The notes under the pieces are model-generated. The model was given only the letters and a program-made list of their open reading frames with translations. It ran no database searches and was not told where the DNA came from. A stretch of 64,000 bases of DNA, taken from assembly GCA_041652575.1 (NCBI GenBank), contig JBAZHC010000006.1:79963-143962 (forward strand). Direction: 5' to 3'. The position numbers and the translations under genes are program-made. This DNA comes from Phycisphaerae bacterium (GTDB lineage Bacteria > Planctomycetota > Phycisphaerae > Sedimentisphaerales > UBA12454). Shown here in pieces: positions 1 to 10,599 of the stretch. Every line of letters starts with the position of its first letter. The stretch's first letter is position 1.

Positions 1-296
1 CCAACGCGGCCGGTCCCGTTATGATTATTTATCTGCTTGCCGCACGTCTGCCGAAATACGAATTCATCGGAACAGGCGCATGGTTTTTCCTTATTATCAA
101 CTGGCTCAAAATTCCGGTATTTATAACTGAAGGCAGGATAACCCTCGAATCGGTTTCTGCTGATGTTATTATGCTGCCTTTGATTGCTGCCGGTGCAATT
201 ATGGGAGTATTTGTTCTGAAAAAACTTCCCCAGAAATGGTTTAATATTATTATGCAAATCCTCGCCGCAGCAGCCGCCGTTAAACTGCTGTTCTAA
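1..296 (+). CDS. TauE/SafE-type (DUF81-like) membrane permease, C-terminal fragment entering from the left edge
   Basis: The frame is open from nt 3. The translation is hydrophobic helices with Gly/Ala-rich packing (LPLIAAGAIMGVFVL, ILAAAAAVKLLF), typical of this family's C-terminus. Confidence 0.45.
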   Translation, partial: NAAGPVMIIYLLAARLPKYEFIGTGAWFFLIINWLKIPVFITEGRITLESVSADVIMLPLIAAGAIMGVFVLKKLPQKWFNIIMQILAAAAAVKLLF

Positions 297-1280
297 TTAC
301 GGCAAACTCTGCAGCAGTTCGATTATTTCCTCTTTTTTCGGCAGCGATTCCTGCGAACCGAATTTTGAACAGGCCAGCGCTCCTGCCGCCGATGCGAACT
401 TGGCGGCCCTTCTGATTTCGTCTGCCGTAAGGCATCCCTTAGCGGAGCCTACGCCGCAGCTTGCGGCAAGTGCTCCGTCAAACGCATCGCCGCAGCCGGT
501 ATGGTCGACAAATTTTACTTCAAACGGCGCGATATGGTCTGCGCCGCTTTTATCAATAACCATCGCGCCTTTTCTGCCGAGCTTGATAACAACACAGCCT
601 ACGCCGCGGGCGATAAGGTCGGAACCGATAAGTTTTGCGGTATGAATATTATGATTTTGAGCGGTGCTTAACTCGGCAGCCTCGGCAAAATTAGGCACCA
701 GTATATCGGCGGTATAATAATCCAGCGGCAGTTTCCCGCTTTGATTTTCAAACTGCTCGCCTGACAATGCAGGGTCGAGAATTACTTTTGTCTGGGCCAG
801 TTTCGCCGCTCGTATCGCGCCGCAGATAAAATCATTTGAAAGACCGCCGTTTATCAGGCACACATCGGCGAACCTTAAAAGTTTTTCGAATCTTTCCTCT
901 TCTATATCGCTGTTCTGCAGCGCCCTGTTTGTTCCTTCGGAGATAATTGTTCTGTTCGCTCCCGAACTATTGACGAACGAAACGCTCACACCGGTGTTTT
1001 TCGCCTCGGCATCGGAAACAAAATCGCAGTTTACGCCGAAGGCTTCAAGGTTGTCTTTTATCATCTGCCCGAAGATATCTTTGCCGACCTTGCCTACGAG
1101 GTAAACATCGCATCCGCAAAGGGCCGCCTGAATTGCCTGGTTCGAACCTGCCCCGGAGGCCGTATATGAAAAGCCGCTCCCTGCCGCGATTTGTCCGGTA
1201 GCAGGAAAATCCACGCACCGTATCGCCATATCCACATATATGCCGCCGATTACGACAACTTTAGGTTTGTCCCCTGCCAT
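297..1280 (-). CDS. PfkB-family carbohydrate kinase (ribokinase-like)
   Basis: 327 aa. N-terminal VVVIGGIYVDM block, NxxE-like region, and C-terminal PfkB signature DHTGCGDAFDGAL. Confidence 0.8.
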   Translation of the reverse strand: MAGDKPKVVVIGGIYVDMAIRCVDFPATGQIAAGSGFSYTASGAGSNQAIQAALCGCDVYLVGKVGKDIFGQMIKDNLEAFGVNCDFVSDAEAKNTGVSVSFVNSSGANRTIISEGTNRALQNSDIEEERFEKLLRFADVCLINGGLSNDFICGAIRAAKLAQTKVILDPALSGEQFENQSGKLPLDYYTADILVPNFAEAAELSTAQNHNIHTAKLIGSDLIARGVGCVVIKLGRKGAMVIDKSGADHIAPFEVKFVDHTGCGDAFDGALAASCGVGSAKGCLTADEIRRAAKFASAAGALACSKFGSQESLPKKEEIIELLQSLP

Positions 1281-1510
1281 TGGTACCTCTAAAAAAATTC
1301 TGCTCGGCTTGTCGAAGTCGGGATTTCTACTGGTCTATAAAATACAGCCAAGTCACGGGTTTTGCAATAACTTATCATTATTCAATCCTGACGTGTGAAC
1401 CTATAAAGCATTTGACTTGAACGATACGTTCGGCTACACTACTTTCACTGCAATAAGAACGGGATTTCCCGACAGCACTGCTGTTTTAACCTTTTATCTG
1501 GATAGTACTT

Positions 1511-2950
1511 ATGGACAAGAAAGAAAACTGCGGTCTTTTCGGTATTTTTGGAGATGACGACGCGGCTGAAAAAACATTTTTTGCTCTGCACAGTCTTCAG
1601 CACCGCGGCCAGGAGTCGGCGGGCATTGCCACAAGTAACGGAGAGATGATTACCTGCCATACCGGCATGGGGCACACGACCAGGGTCTTCCGGTCGGGAC
1701 CGAACACACTTAACCGCTTGCGCAATCCGATGGCTATAGGCCATGTACGATATTCCACCTCCGGCTCGCGAAACCTCGCAAATGCCCAGCCGCTGCTTAG
1801 CGAATACTCTCGGGGCCAGGTTGCGGTCGCTCATAACGGAAATTTAATAAACGCTTCTTTGCTTCGGGACGAATACGAGGCTTACGGCCATATTTTCAAA
1901 TCCACAAACGACACTGAAATCATAATTCATCTTCTGGCCAAACCCTCGCACGTTTCAAAGCCTGACCCGCTGGGTCACGTTCTTAATCATCTTCAGGGTG
2001 CCTATTCTCTGCTCTTTCTTTTTCCCGACAGAATTGAAGCCGCAAGGGACCCTTACGGCATAAGGCCTCTGTGTATTGGAAAAACGAAAAACGGCGCTTA
2101 CTGCGTCGCAAGCGAAACCTGCGCACTGGTCACTATTGACGCCGAATACATTAGAGATGTCGCTCCGGGCGAAATCGTAACACTCGACAGCAGGGGCATC
2201 ACCAGCAGATGGTTTGTAAAGCCCGCAAGTATCACCCCGGCGCATTGCATCTTCGAGCACGTTTACTTCGCAAAGCAGAGCAGCGATATTTTCGGAGAAA
2301 ATGTCCACGAGATCCGCAAAAGATTCGGCGCTCAGATTGCCAAAGAGCATCCCGTTGACGCCGATGTTGTAATTCCCGTGCCGGACTCAGGAACCTCGGC
2401 CGCCATTGGATATTCACGACAGAGCGGAATACCTTTTGATATGGGTTTTATAAGGAGCCATTACGTCGGCAGAACTTTTATTTCTCCGACTCAGGACCTG
2501 CGAGACCTTGCCGTCAAGCTCAAGCTTGCCGTCGTTGCAAACGTTGTCAGAGGCAAACGTGTTATAGTGGTTGACGATTCGATTGTTCGCGGCACAACCA
2601 CGAAAGGCAAAATCAACGCGCTCAGACAGGCAGGAGTTAAGGAAGTTCACATGAGGGTAAGCTGTCCGCCGATAAGATTCCCCTGTTTTTACGGCGTGGA
2701 TTTCCCCACAAAACAGGAATTGCTCGCCAACGAAAGAGATATGAAGCAGATAAAGGAATTTCTCGATGTGGACAGCATCGGTTATATCTCGCTCGAAGGA
2801 ATGCTGTCCTGCGCCTCTTTGCCGAAGGAAAATTACTGCACCGCCTGCTGGACGGGAAGTTATCGGATTCCTATCCAGACGGTAGTGAATAAATTTACGA
2901 TGGAACGATACCAGATGCAGCTTTTTGACGATGAACCGGTACAATTATAA
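1511..2950 (+). CDS. purF: amidophosphoribosyltransferase
   Basis: 479 aa. Ntn catalytic Cys in CGLFGIFG, PRPP loop VIVVDDSIVRGTT, C-terminal Cys residues of the 4Fe-4S type. TAATG overlap with purM. Confidence 0.95.
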   Translation: MDKKENCGLFGIFGDDDAAEKTFFALHSLQHRGQESAGIATSNGEMITCHTGMGHTTRVFRSGPNTLNRLRNPMAIGHVRYSTSGSRNLANAQPLLSEYSRGQVAVAHNGNLINASLLRDEYEAYGHIFKSTNDTEIIIHLLAKPSHVSKPDPLGHVLNHLQGAYSLLFLFPDRIEAARDPYGIRPLCIGKTKNGAYCVASETCALVTIDAEYIRDVAPGEIVTLDSRGITSRWFVKPASITPAHCIFEHVYFAKQSSDIFGENVHEIRKRFGAQIAKEHPVDADVVIPVPDSGTSAAIGYSRQSGIPFDMGFIRSHYVGRTFISPTQDLRDLAVKLKLAVVANVVRGKRVIVVDDSIVRGTTTKGKINALRQAGVKEVHMRVSCPPIRFPCFYGVDFPTKQELLANERDMKQIKEFLDVDSIGYISLEGMLSCASLPKENYCTACWTGSYRIPIQTVVNKFTMERYQMQLFDDEPVQL

Positions 2951-4017
2951 TGGCTGAATATCTCACTTACTCCAAATCGGGCGTCGATATTGACGCGAAT
3001 GACGAAATGGTGGACAGGATTCAAACCTCTATCCAGAGCACGCTTGGCCCTCGCGTAATTAACGTCCCCGGCGGCTTTGCGGGCCTGTTTCGTCTCGACT
3101 ACGACGAAAAAATCTTCCGTAAAAATTACAAAAAACCTGTTCTTGTCGCCTGCACCGACGGCGTCGGCTCGAAGGTCCTCGTCGCAAGACAGATGAAAAA
3201 AATCGATACGCTCGGCTTCGACCTCGTAGCAATGAACGTCAACGATATGCTCGTTATGGGCGCAGAGCCGCTGTTCTTCCTCGATTATCTGGCCATAAAC
3301 AAACTCGAACCGGCCAAAGTGGCCGATATGGTCGAAAGCATCGCCGCCGCATGCAGGGTCGCAAATTGTGCGCTCATCGGCGGAGAAACAGCAGAGATGC
3401 CCGACATCTACAAAAAGGACGATTTCGATATGGCAGGTTTCGCCGTCGGCATTGTCGAAAAAAATAAAATTATCACCGGCTCAAAAATCGAAGCCGGCGA
3501 CGTCGTGCTCGGCCTCGCCTCGACCGGCCTCCACAGTAACGGCTACGCCCTCGCCAGAAATATCTGCTTTAAAAAACTCGGACTTAAGGTTGACCAGGAA
3601 ATCCCCGAACTCGAAAACAGAACCATCGGAGAGGTACTGCTGGCCCCGACAAGAATTTATGTCCGTTCGATAATCAAACTTCTCAGTCACTACAAAGTAA
3701 AACACGTCGTTCATGGAATGGCTCATATCACCGGCGGCGGCCTGCCGGGCAATGTCCCGAGAGTCGTTCCCTCTAACTGCGATGTGGTCCTGGATAAATC
3801 AAGCTGGAAGAGACAGCCCATTTTTGATTTTATGCAGAAAAACGGCCCTGTCGAAGAAGAAGAAATGTACCGTGTATTCAATATGGGTATCGGTTTCACC
3901 CTGATGGTTGCACCTGATTTCGCCGATTCAATCGCCGAACAGCTTGCTCATAGCGGTGAAACCGTTTATAAAATAGGTACTATCCGCAAAGGCAGCGGAA
4001 AAATAATTATAAAATAA
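2950..4017 (+). CDS. purM: phosphoribosylformylglycinamidine cyclo-ligase (AIR synthetase)
   Basis: 355 aa. PurM blocks DGVGSKV, DLVAMNVNDM, GGETAEMP, HITGGG. Confidence 0.93.
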   Translation: MAEYLTYSKSGVDIDANDEMVDRIQTSIQSTLGPRVINVPGGFAGLFRLDYDEKIFRKNYKKPVLVACTDGVGSKVLVARQMKKIDTLGFDLVAMNVNDMLVMGAEPLFFLDYLAINKLEPAKVADMVESIAAACRVANCALIGGETAEMPDIYKKDDFDMAGFAVGIVEKNKIITGSKIEAGDVVLGLASTGLHSNGYALARNICFKKLGLKVDQEIPELENRTIGEVLLAPTRIYVRSIIKLLSHYKVKHVVHGMAHITGGGLPGNVPRVVPSNCDVVLDKSSWKRQPIFDFMQKNGPVEEEEMYRVFNMGIGFTLMVAPDFADSIAEQLAHSGETVYKIGTIRKGSGKIIIK

Positions 4018-4039
4018 CTTTAATTTCGGCAAACCTTTT

Positions 4040-5035
4040 ATGGAAAAAAGGATTTCGTCGGCTGTTGCGTTTCCGCCGGCAGTAATAATTTATATTATTT
4101 TTGCCGCTTGGCTTTTCTATCCACACCTGCAAAAGCTCTCCGCCATACAGCGTCTTTTCCCTTTGGAAGCCATCGTCGCCGCGGCAGGTGTTTTCATTCT
4201 ATGCAGACGATGGGTGCTTTCGTTTTTCGCTTCTCTTATCGGCGGCGCCATTTTCGGCTTCGGAATATTCGCCTGCTCTTTCTTCTGCTATCATCCTTTT
4301 GCAGGACTTGTTTACGCGGTTTTGCCGTGGACTTTCGTGCCGGCCGTTTTCTTTTATCAGTGGACAAAACTCGATTCCAGAAACACCGCCATTCTTTCCG
4401 GCCTGCTCTCCCTCCTTCCGTTTTTGTTTATACTCCTCGCTTATGAATTCTCCGCCGGAATGTATCTTTACCCCATACCCGCCGATACCCGCCTGTCTAT
4501 TCAAAGCCTGCTCGGCATAGTAAATCCTTCCGGCGCAAAACCCGACATATTCGCCCTGGGCTTTTATCATGTTTCCGTCGCCGGCCTGATTATGGGCTGT
4601 GTTCTGCTGGTCAGGACTCGCAGAATATGGACGATTGTCTTAATCGCAGCGGCAATTTTCGCCGCCTTTTACAGACCCATAATGCACGTCCCGCCGGTTA
4701 TGTGGGCCTCTGTTCCGGTTTTATTTTGTTCTATTATAATTGCCTCAGGCCTTGAAACTCTAATTCTCGCAGGCGCCGCCGATTCGAAACTGCTTCTGGC
4801 CTCGGCGGTAATATTATTTTTGTTCGGCCTGTTTAATGTTTTTGTGCCGGGCCAGTCGGGTCTTTCCCCTCAATTCATCGGTATGTACGGCCTCGGTGTC
4901 TTGGTCGTTATGCTTATCTTCTTTATCGCCCGCGCAAATCGCCCCTGGCATGGTGTCAGAATGTTCGTATTATATTCCGCCGCCCTGATGGACATATTAA
5001 TCAGTACGAAATATATCATAGATATTATTTTCTAA
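4040..5035 (+). CDS. polytopic integral membrane protein, function unknown
   Basis: 331 aa, almost entirely hydrophobic segments. The overlapping alternative-frame ORFs look like shadows. Confidence 0.6.
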   Translation: MEKRISSAVAFPPAVIIYIIFAAWLFYPHLQKLSAIQRLFPLEAIVAAAGVFILCRRWVLSFFASLIGGAIFGFGIFACSFFCYHPFAGLVYAVLPWTFVPAVFFYQWTKLDSRNTAILSGLLSLLPFLFILLAYEFSAGMYLYPIPADTRLSIQSLLGIVNPSGAKPDIFALGFYHVSVAGLIMGCVLLVRTRRIWTIVLIAAAIFAAFYRPIMHVPPVMWASVPVLFCSIIIASGLETLILAGAADSKLLLASAVILFLFGLFNVFVPGQSGLSPQFIGMYGLGVLVVMLIFFIARANRPWHGVRMFVLYSAALMDILISTKYIIDIIF

Positions 5036-5066
5036 TCAGGGCCTGGTTCCGAAGGTATAAAAAAAT

Positions 5067-5099
5067 GGCAGAGCTTTGTAAGCTCTGCCGTTTATTTTA
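5067..5099 (+). terminator. rho-independent terminator after the membrane-protein gene
   Basis: Hairpin ggcagagc-tttgta-agctctgcc followed by gtttatttta. Confidence 0.6.
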
Positions 5100-5388
5100 T
5101 GGCTCTTTCGTTTTTGCGTTTTAGCGTTTCGCCCGCTGCATCCTGCTTTACCATCAGACTTGCCGCATGTTGCCGAGACGGATAGGCCGGTTAAGCTAAA
5201 CATAACCTTTTCAGGTAATTCGAGCCATGTTTTTTTATATGTCTCTGGTTAGACGTATCGTCTTATCAGTACTGAAAAGTTGAATTTTTTAAGACATATT
5301 TTTAAAATCATACGATAATTTTTACACTGGCAAAAAAGCACAAAATAAGTTAAATAATATCGGTCTTATTTGGAAAAGGATAAAAAAT

Positions 5389-6546
5389 ATGGATAATTTC
5401 ACCTATTGCAACCCGGTCAAAATAGTATTCGGCAAAAACACAATCTCGCAATTAAACCAGCTTATAGACCCAAAAGCGAAGATTCTTTTAACCTACGGCG
5501 GCGGCTCAATTAAGAAAAACGGCGTCTACCGACAGGTTAAGGCCGCTTTGAAAAAACGAAAAGTCGTCGAATTCGGTGGTATTGAGCCTAACCCCACTTA
5601 TGAAACCTGCCTCAAGGCTATTGCCCTCGGCAGAAAGGAAAAAATCAATTTCGTTCTCGCCGTCGGCGGAGGTTCGGTACTTGACGGCTCGAAATTCATC
5701 GCCGCGGGAATTCCTTATAAGGGCAAAAACCTCTGGGATATTGTTTCAAGCTTCGGACAAATCCTTAAAACCGTTATCCCTATAGGAACAGTTATTACTC
5801 TCCCGGCAACAGGTTCGGAAATGAATGCCTTTGGCGTTATATCGAGATTAAGCACAACCGAAAAACTCGCTTTCGGCAGCCCGCTTTGCTATCCGAAATT
5901 TTCGATACTCGACCCGCAGACAACTTACTCCCTCGACAAGAAACAACTGCGCAATGGCATTGTTGACACATTCGTTCACGTCGCCGAGCAATACGCCACT
6001 GTCGATTTGAACACCGCTTTGCAGGATAAATATGCCGAGGCGATTTTTAAAACTCTTATCGAAATCGCCCCCGCCGTAATGAGCGGCAAAAAAAATTACG
6101 ACGCCCGCGCCAATTTTATGTGGTGTGCGACGCAGGCGCTGTGCGGCATTTTAGGCTGCGGCATAAAACAGGACTGGAGTACTCACGGCATCGGCCACGA
6201 GCTGACGGCCTTTTTCGGCCCAGCCCACGCCGAGACTCTTGCGATTGTTTTGCCGGCTATGTGGAAATACGAAATTAAAAACAAGTCCGCAAAATTTGCC
6301 AAACTTGCCGAAAACGTCTGGGGCGTAAAAAAAGGCACTGCAAAACAGAAAGCCAACGCCGCGATAAAACACACCGTTAAATTCTTCCATTCGCTCGGTA
6401 TGCCGACGTCACTGAAAAATTACGGTATAACATCGAAGGACATCGAAAAAATCGTTCAGCGTTTTGCTGACAGGGGCATGGTAATCGGTGAAAATGGCGA
6501 CATTGATTCCAAGGCAGTCCGGAAAATTCTGAAATTGTCTTTATAG
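5389..6546 (+). CDS. iron-containing (group III) alcohol dehydrogenase, YqhD/BdhA-like
   Basis: 385 aa. GGGSxxD motif (AVGGGSVLDGSKF) and His-rich metal site region (HGIGHELT). Confidence 0.88.
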   Translation: MDNFTYCNPVKIVFGKNTISQLNQLIDPKAKILLTYGGGSIKKNGVYRQVKAALKKRKVVEFGGIEPNPTYETCLKAIALGRKEKINFVLAVGGGSVLDGSKFIAAGIPYKGKNLWDIVSSFGQILKTVIPIGTVITLPATGSEMNAFGVISRLSTTEKLAFGSPLCYPKFSILDPQTTYSLDKKQLRNGIVDTFVHVAEQYATVDLNTALQDKYAEAIFKTLIEIAPAVMSGKKNYDARANFMWCATQALCGILGCGIKQDWSTHGIGHELTAFFGPAHAETLAIVLPAMWKYEIKNKSAKFAKLAENVWGVKKGTAKQKANAAIKHTVKFFHSLGMPTSLKNYGITSKDIEKIVQRFADRGMVIGENGDIDSKAVRKILKLSL

Positions 6547-6631
6547 GGCAAGGGCGGGCTTAGGTAAGGAGGACCGGCGGAATTGTGTTCTACAATTTTC
6601 CGCACCCTAAACCCTGCCCCCAATAATAACC

Positions 6632-8284
6632 CTACATATTTTTATATCTTGGTCCGCCGCCACCTTCAGGCACCGTCCAGCGGATATTGTCGAACGGACA
6701 TTTCCTCTGACAGGTTTTACAGTGCAGACAGTTAGATGAATTTGCCGGTTTTACCTGCCAGCCTATCGTTTCATACACACCTGCCGGGCAGAATGTAATA
6801 CATGGCGAACCAAATTTCGGCGTGCATTTCTGCGCACAGGTATTTGTGTTTATTATCGTCAGATGGCTGGGCTGCTCTTCGCGATGTTCCGTAGCCGCCA
6901 TTGCCGTAAAAGTATCTTTGTCGTAATTCTTCGACGGTTTATATTTATATTTTTTGCTCGTAATCGCCTGATAATCTTCCTCAACATTGAACAGCGGCCC
7001 TTTCTGGCCGAGAACTGATAACGGCATCCCGAACAGCGGACCGAATTTTGCAACGTTCTGTCTGAATCTCGACGCAAATCTCATTTCTTCCATTACGCCC
7101 GACATATTCAGCAGTTCGGTATATTTCGACGCTGTGGAGTTAAAGTTATTCAAACACTGGGCAACTGCCTTGCCTGCTGCCATTCCGGATTTTATCGCGT
7201 TGTGCAAACCTTTAATCTTGAGCATATTGACAAACCCTGCCGCATCGCCGAGTATCAGCACGTTAGATTTTCCGACCGCGCTTGTCTGCGGATTTCTCGG
7301 CAGCGCGTAAAAGCCGCCTTCGGGAATCATTTTCGCCCCTGCTTCGACAATCGTGCCGCCTTCTATGAATTTTTTTACAAACTTATGATTTTTGAAATTC
7401 GTCAGCGCATCCTGTGGATTGAAATCGCAGTATTTCCAGTCCAGCCCGACAATCATTCCTACCGCGATATGATTTTGACTGACAGGATGCATCACACCGC
7501 CGCCGAACATCGCAGGCCCAAGAACTGGCGTCCACAAAGGATAGCCCATCGCGTGAACAACTCTTTCGCTGCTGAATTTGCTGAACTGTTCATCGCTTAC
7601 CTTTATCAATTCCTTTACTCCGACTGAGTAAAGCTGTTTTGCTCGTCTCGTTAACCCCGCCTTTTTGACAAACTTTTCCGTTACCAGACCATCGCAGCCC
7701 TCGGCGAGTATAACTACATCTGCCTCGATAATTTCGCCCGCAACATAATTAGGCTGTTTTGCCCCGTGCTTATCCAGCCCCTGATCGACAAGTTTTATCC
7801 CCGTGGCGATATTTTTAGACACATCGTAAATAATATCTTCAGCGGCGAAACCGTGTATGACTTCGACTCCCATATCTTTCGCCGTCTGGCAGAGCCATTT
7901 CGTAAGTCTGCTTATCGATATTATATAATCTCCCTGATGTTTCATCTGGCCGAAGTTGATTTTGAACTTTTCCGCAAGTTGTATCGCTATATGAATATTG
8001 AAAGCTAATTTATCCCCCGCGAAAAACATCGTATTGTCTTTCGTCACTCTATACGCAAGAATATCCTTTGCCTCTTCGGATTGATGCCATTGCGGATTTA
8101 CCTGTCCCATCAGCGATTCCAAAGCACCGGCTTCGAGAGTCGCGCCGGACAGATTGTGATTGCCCGCTTCGGCCGCCTTGTCGATTACGCATATTTCCGC
8201 ATCGCTCTGCTGATGTTTCAGCGTAATCGCAGCCGATAAACCTGCCGGCCCTGCCCCAACAATAATTACTGAAGTTTTATTCAT
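6632..8284 (-). CDS. electron-transfer flavoprotein:quinone oxidoreductase (FixC/FixX-like fusion)
   Basis: 550 aa. FAD dinucleotide fold VIIVGAGPAGLSAA; C-terminal ferredoxin-like Cys cluster (CITFCPAGVY ... CLHCKTCQRKCP). Confidence 0.85.
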   Translation of the reverse strand: MNKTSVIIVGAGPAGLSAAITLKHQQSDAEICVIDKAAEAGNHNLSGATLEAGALESLMGQVNPQWHQSEEAKDILAYRVTKDNTMFFAGDKLAFNIHIAIQLAEKFKINFGQMKHQGDYIISISRLTKWLCQTAKDMGVEVIHGFAAEDIIYDVSKNIATGIKLVDQGLDKHGAKQPNYVAGEIIEADVVILAEGCDGLVTEKFVKKAGLTRRAKQLYSVGVKELIKVSDEQFSKFSSERVVHAMGYPLWTPVLGPAMFGGGVMHPVSQNHIAVGMIVGLDWKYCDFNPQDALTNFKNHKFVKKFIEGGTIVEAGAKMIPEGGFYALPRNPQTSAVGKSNVLILGDAAGFVNMLKIKGLHNAIKSGMAAGKAVAQCLNNFNSTASKYTELLNMSGVMEEMRFASRFRQNVAKFGPLFGMPLSVLGQKGPLFNVEEDYQAITSKKYKYKPSKNYDKDTFTAMAATEHREEQPSHLTIINTNTCAQKCTPKFGSPCITFCPAGVYETIGWQVKPANSSNCLHCKTCQRKCPFDNIRWTVPEGGGGPRYKNM

Positions 8285-8304
8285 ATCCGTAAAGCCTATA
8301 TTGG

Positions 8305-10392
8305 TTAATTTTTATCTTTTGTCAATAGCGCAGAAAGCTGTGGCACGATTTTTTCTACTGTTCCTGTTATATAATAATCGCAGTGTTTGAAAATAGGCGC
8401 GTTCGGGTCGCTGTTGACCGCTACGATAATATCGCTGTTGGCAACGCCTATCATATGCTGAATCGCTCCGGAAATCCCCAGCGCGATATAAAGTTTGGGC
8501 CCTATCGACGTCCCGGTCTGGCCGACCTGATGAATACGGTCGATAAATCCCTGCTCTACCGCCGCCCTCGATGCGCCCTTTTCCACAACCGTATTAAGTC
8601 TTTGTCCCAGCGATGCGATAAGGTCGTTCAGGAGTTTTTCATAATTATCCCTGCTCTGCATTCCCTTGCCGCCGCTTACCACAACCTTGGCGCCAAGATT
8701 AATTTGGCCCGTGCCTTTTTCTGTTTTGATAATTTTCAGGCTCAAATCTTTTTCGCTTATATCGGCCGGCTCTTTTATGACTTTCCCTTTTCGCTCCGCA
8801 TCGGCAGGAAGTCTCTTCATTACGCCCGGCCGGGCTGTTGCCATCTGACAGCGAGAATCTTTCGTGCATATCGTCGCCATAACATTGCCGCCAAGTGCGG
8901 GTCTTGTCTGCATCAGCACGGCGATTTGTTTTTTTCTGCTGCTGTCTTTTATTTCAAGTCCGGTACAGTCCGCAGTCAAACCACAGCCGAGCCTGTACGC
9001 AATCATCGGTGCAAGAACTCGACCACGAGGCGTCGCTGCATAGAGGACAATCTGCGGCCAATACCGGCCTATGGTGTCTGATAATACTTTTCTGTAGGTC
9101 GCCGGGTCAAACTCCGCAAGCAGCGGATGTTCTATCATATAAACAAAATCCGCCCCTGCCTCGATAAGCTCTCTGGACAATCCCTGTATATCGCTGCCTG
9201 CGACTGCAACGCCGACTTGCGTATCTAACGAATCGGCAAGACTCCGCCCCTTGCCTATAAGCTCGAATGTCGCAGGATGCAATTTTCCCCCGTCCCGTTC
9301 CGCAACCACCCATACCTGCCCCTCGTACGAAGGCTTTGTTGTTTGGAGTCCTTCGAGCATATCTTCCAGCGCTTTTTTGTGAAAATGTTCGCCGGCGGCA
9401 CTCAAAATCTTTTCTTTTACTTCTCCCGTAATATCAGATAATTTTTCAACACCGGCTTTTTCAAGTACACCTTCGAAAAGTTTATAATCTTCACTTTCTT
9501 TTTTTGTACCTTCGAAACTCCTGTCGAAAATATTTGCTCTTTTCGCAGGCAGAACATAACTGTAATTCGATGTGTCCCCGTTCTGCCGTTCCGCGCCGAA
9601 GTTTTCAACTATTATTTTCGCAAGCTCCGCCGGCTCAGTTATGTGCTGACATTTTCTCGTGGTTTTACCCGGCGGGAAAACGGATATGACGCGGGTCTTT
9701 GAGCCGTCAATGCCGACATGCGTAGCGTTGATTTCGCTTGCTCCCCATTTTATAAGCTCGAATTTGCTCGCTCGGCGCGTCCCTTCGAATGTCGCGAACG
9801 TCGGGTATTCATATTTGGCGACTGTTATAACCGCCGGCGACTTTCGGCAGCTTACAACCTGGCTGCCTCCGCTTATGATTCCTGTAAATTCGAACTGCCC
9901 GTTTTTATATTCCACATCCGTTACATAAGGAATGCACGGAATATTTAATTCCTCTGCGATTTGTGCCGGCACCTGTGCCGTATCGCCGTCAACAGACTGC
10001 ATTCCGCTTACGATATAATAATCTTTGGAACCGCCGAGCAAATCCTTTGCGATTTTTTTTATGGCAAACGCAAGAGGATTCGCCGTCGCGCAGGTATCCG
10101 CTCCGCCAAGTGATTTATCCGTCAGGAGAACGCCGGTATCGGCGCATCTCGCAAAACAATATCGCAATACTTCCTGCGCCATTGGCGGGCCCATCGTCAG
10201 CGCGATAATTTTGCCGCCCTTGCCGCTTAATTTATTCATCCTCTCGGCAACTGCGAAGGCATGGGTATCGAGTTCGTTGATAACGCTCGCAAGCCTCGAC
10301 CGGATTAGGGTGCCCGTTTCGAGATTAAAGGCATTGTCAGTAATCTGCGTTATGTCGGGAACCTGTTTTACAAGTACTATATAATCGCTCAT
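8305..10392 (-). CDS. fused electron-transfer flavoprotein beta-alpha (EtfB-EtfA) polypeptide
   Basis: 695 aa. The N-terminal third is EtfB-like (IVLVKQVPD, IALTMGP). The C-terminal part is EtfA-like, with FAD signature ALGISGAIQHMIGV..DIIVAVNSDPNAPIF. Confidence 0.85.
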   Translation of the reverse strand: MSDYIVLVKQVPDITQITDNAFNLETGTLIRSRLASVINELDTHAFAVAERMNKLSGKGGKIIALTMGPPMAQEVLRYCFARCADTGVLLTDKSLGGADTCATANPLAFAIKKIAKDLLGGSKDYYIVSGMQSVDGDTAQVPAQIAEELNIPCIPYVTDVEYKNGQFEFTGIISGGSQVVSCRKSPAVITVAKYEYPTFATFEGTRRASKFELIKWGASEINATHVGIDGSKTRVISVFPPGKTTRKCQHITEPAELAKIIVENFGAERQNGDTSNYSYVLPAKRANIFDRSFEGTKKESEDYKLFEGVLEKAGVEKLSDITGEVKEKILSAAGEHFHKKALEDMLEGLQTTKPSYEGQVWVVAERDGGKLHPATFELIGKGRSLADSLDTQVGVAVAGSDIQGLSRELIEAGADFVYMIEHPLLAEFDPATYRKVLSDTIGRYWPQIVLYAATPRGRVLAPMIAYRLGCGLTADCTGLEIKDSSRKKQIAVLMQTRPALGGNVMATICTKDSRCQMATARPGVMKRLPADAERKGKVIKEPADISEKDLSLKIIKTEKGTGQINLGAKVVVSGGKGMQSRDNYEKLLNDLIASLGQRLNTVVEKGASRAAVEQGFIDRIHQVGQTGTSIGPKLYIALGISGAIQHMIGVANSDIIVAVNSDPNAPIFKHCDYYITGTVEKIVPQLSALLTKDKN

Positions 10393-10599
10393 TTTCTCAA
10401 ACCCAATTACTTTGCTTTCTTATTTAAACCTTACATAATCTTCCTTAAATTTGAGAAAATTAGATATAAGACAGGGGTTTTTATTTGTCACTATCCTGCT
10501 GTCAGCCCTTTAAAATGGCAAAAACAACGTTTTTTAACAAAAATCAGAGCCCCGACAGTTATGGAGGGGTATTTTAAAATATGGAGCGGTAAATTAAAA

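Noticed and set aside
4101-4570. Alternative-frame ORFs (139, 112 and 123 aa) inside the 4040-5035 membrane-protein gene
   Set aside because: These are Pro/Ser/Arg-rich out-of-frame readings of a hydrophobic gene. The 331-aa frame gives coherent transmembrane segments.
5325-5345. Sigma-54 promoter candidates (tggcaaaaaagcac at 5331, tggcacgatttttt at 8341, tggcacaaaagctcgc at 52308, tggcggcattgttg at 40455)
   Set aside because: None has the GG-N10-GC spacing with a TTGC -12 element, and some lie inside or antisense to genes. No convincing RpoN-dependent promoter was found despite rpoN and an NtrC-type activator being present.
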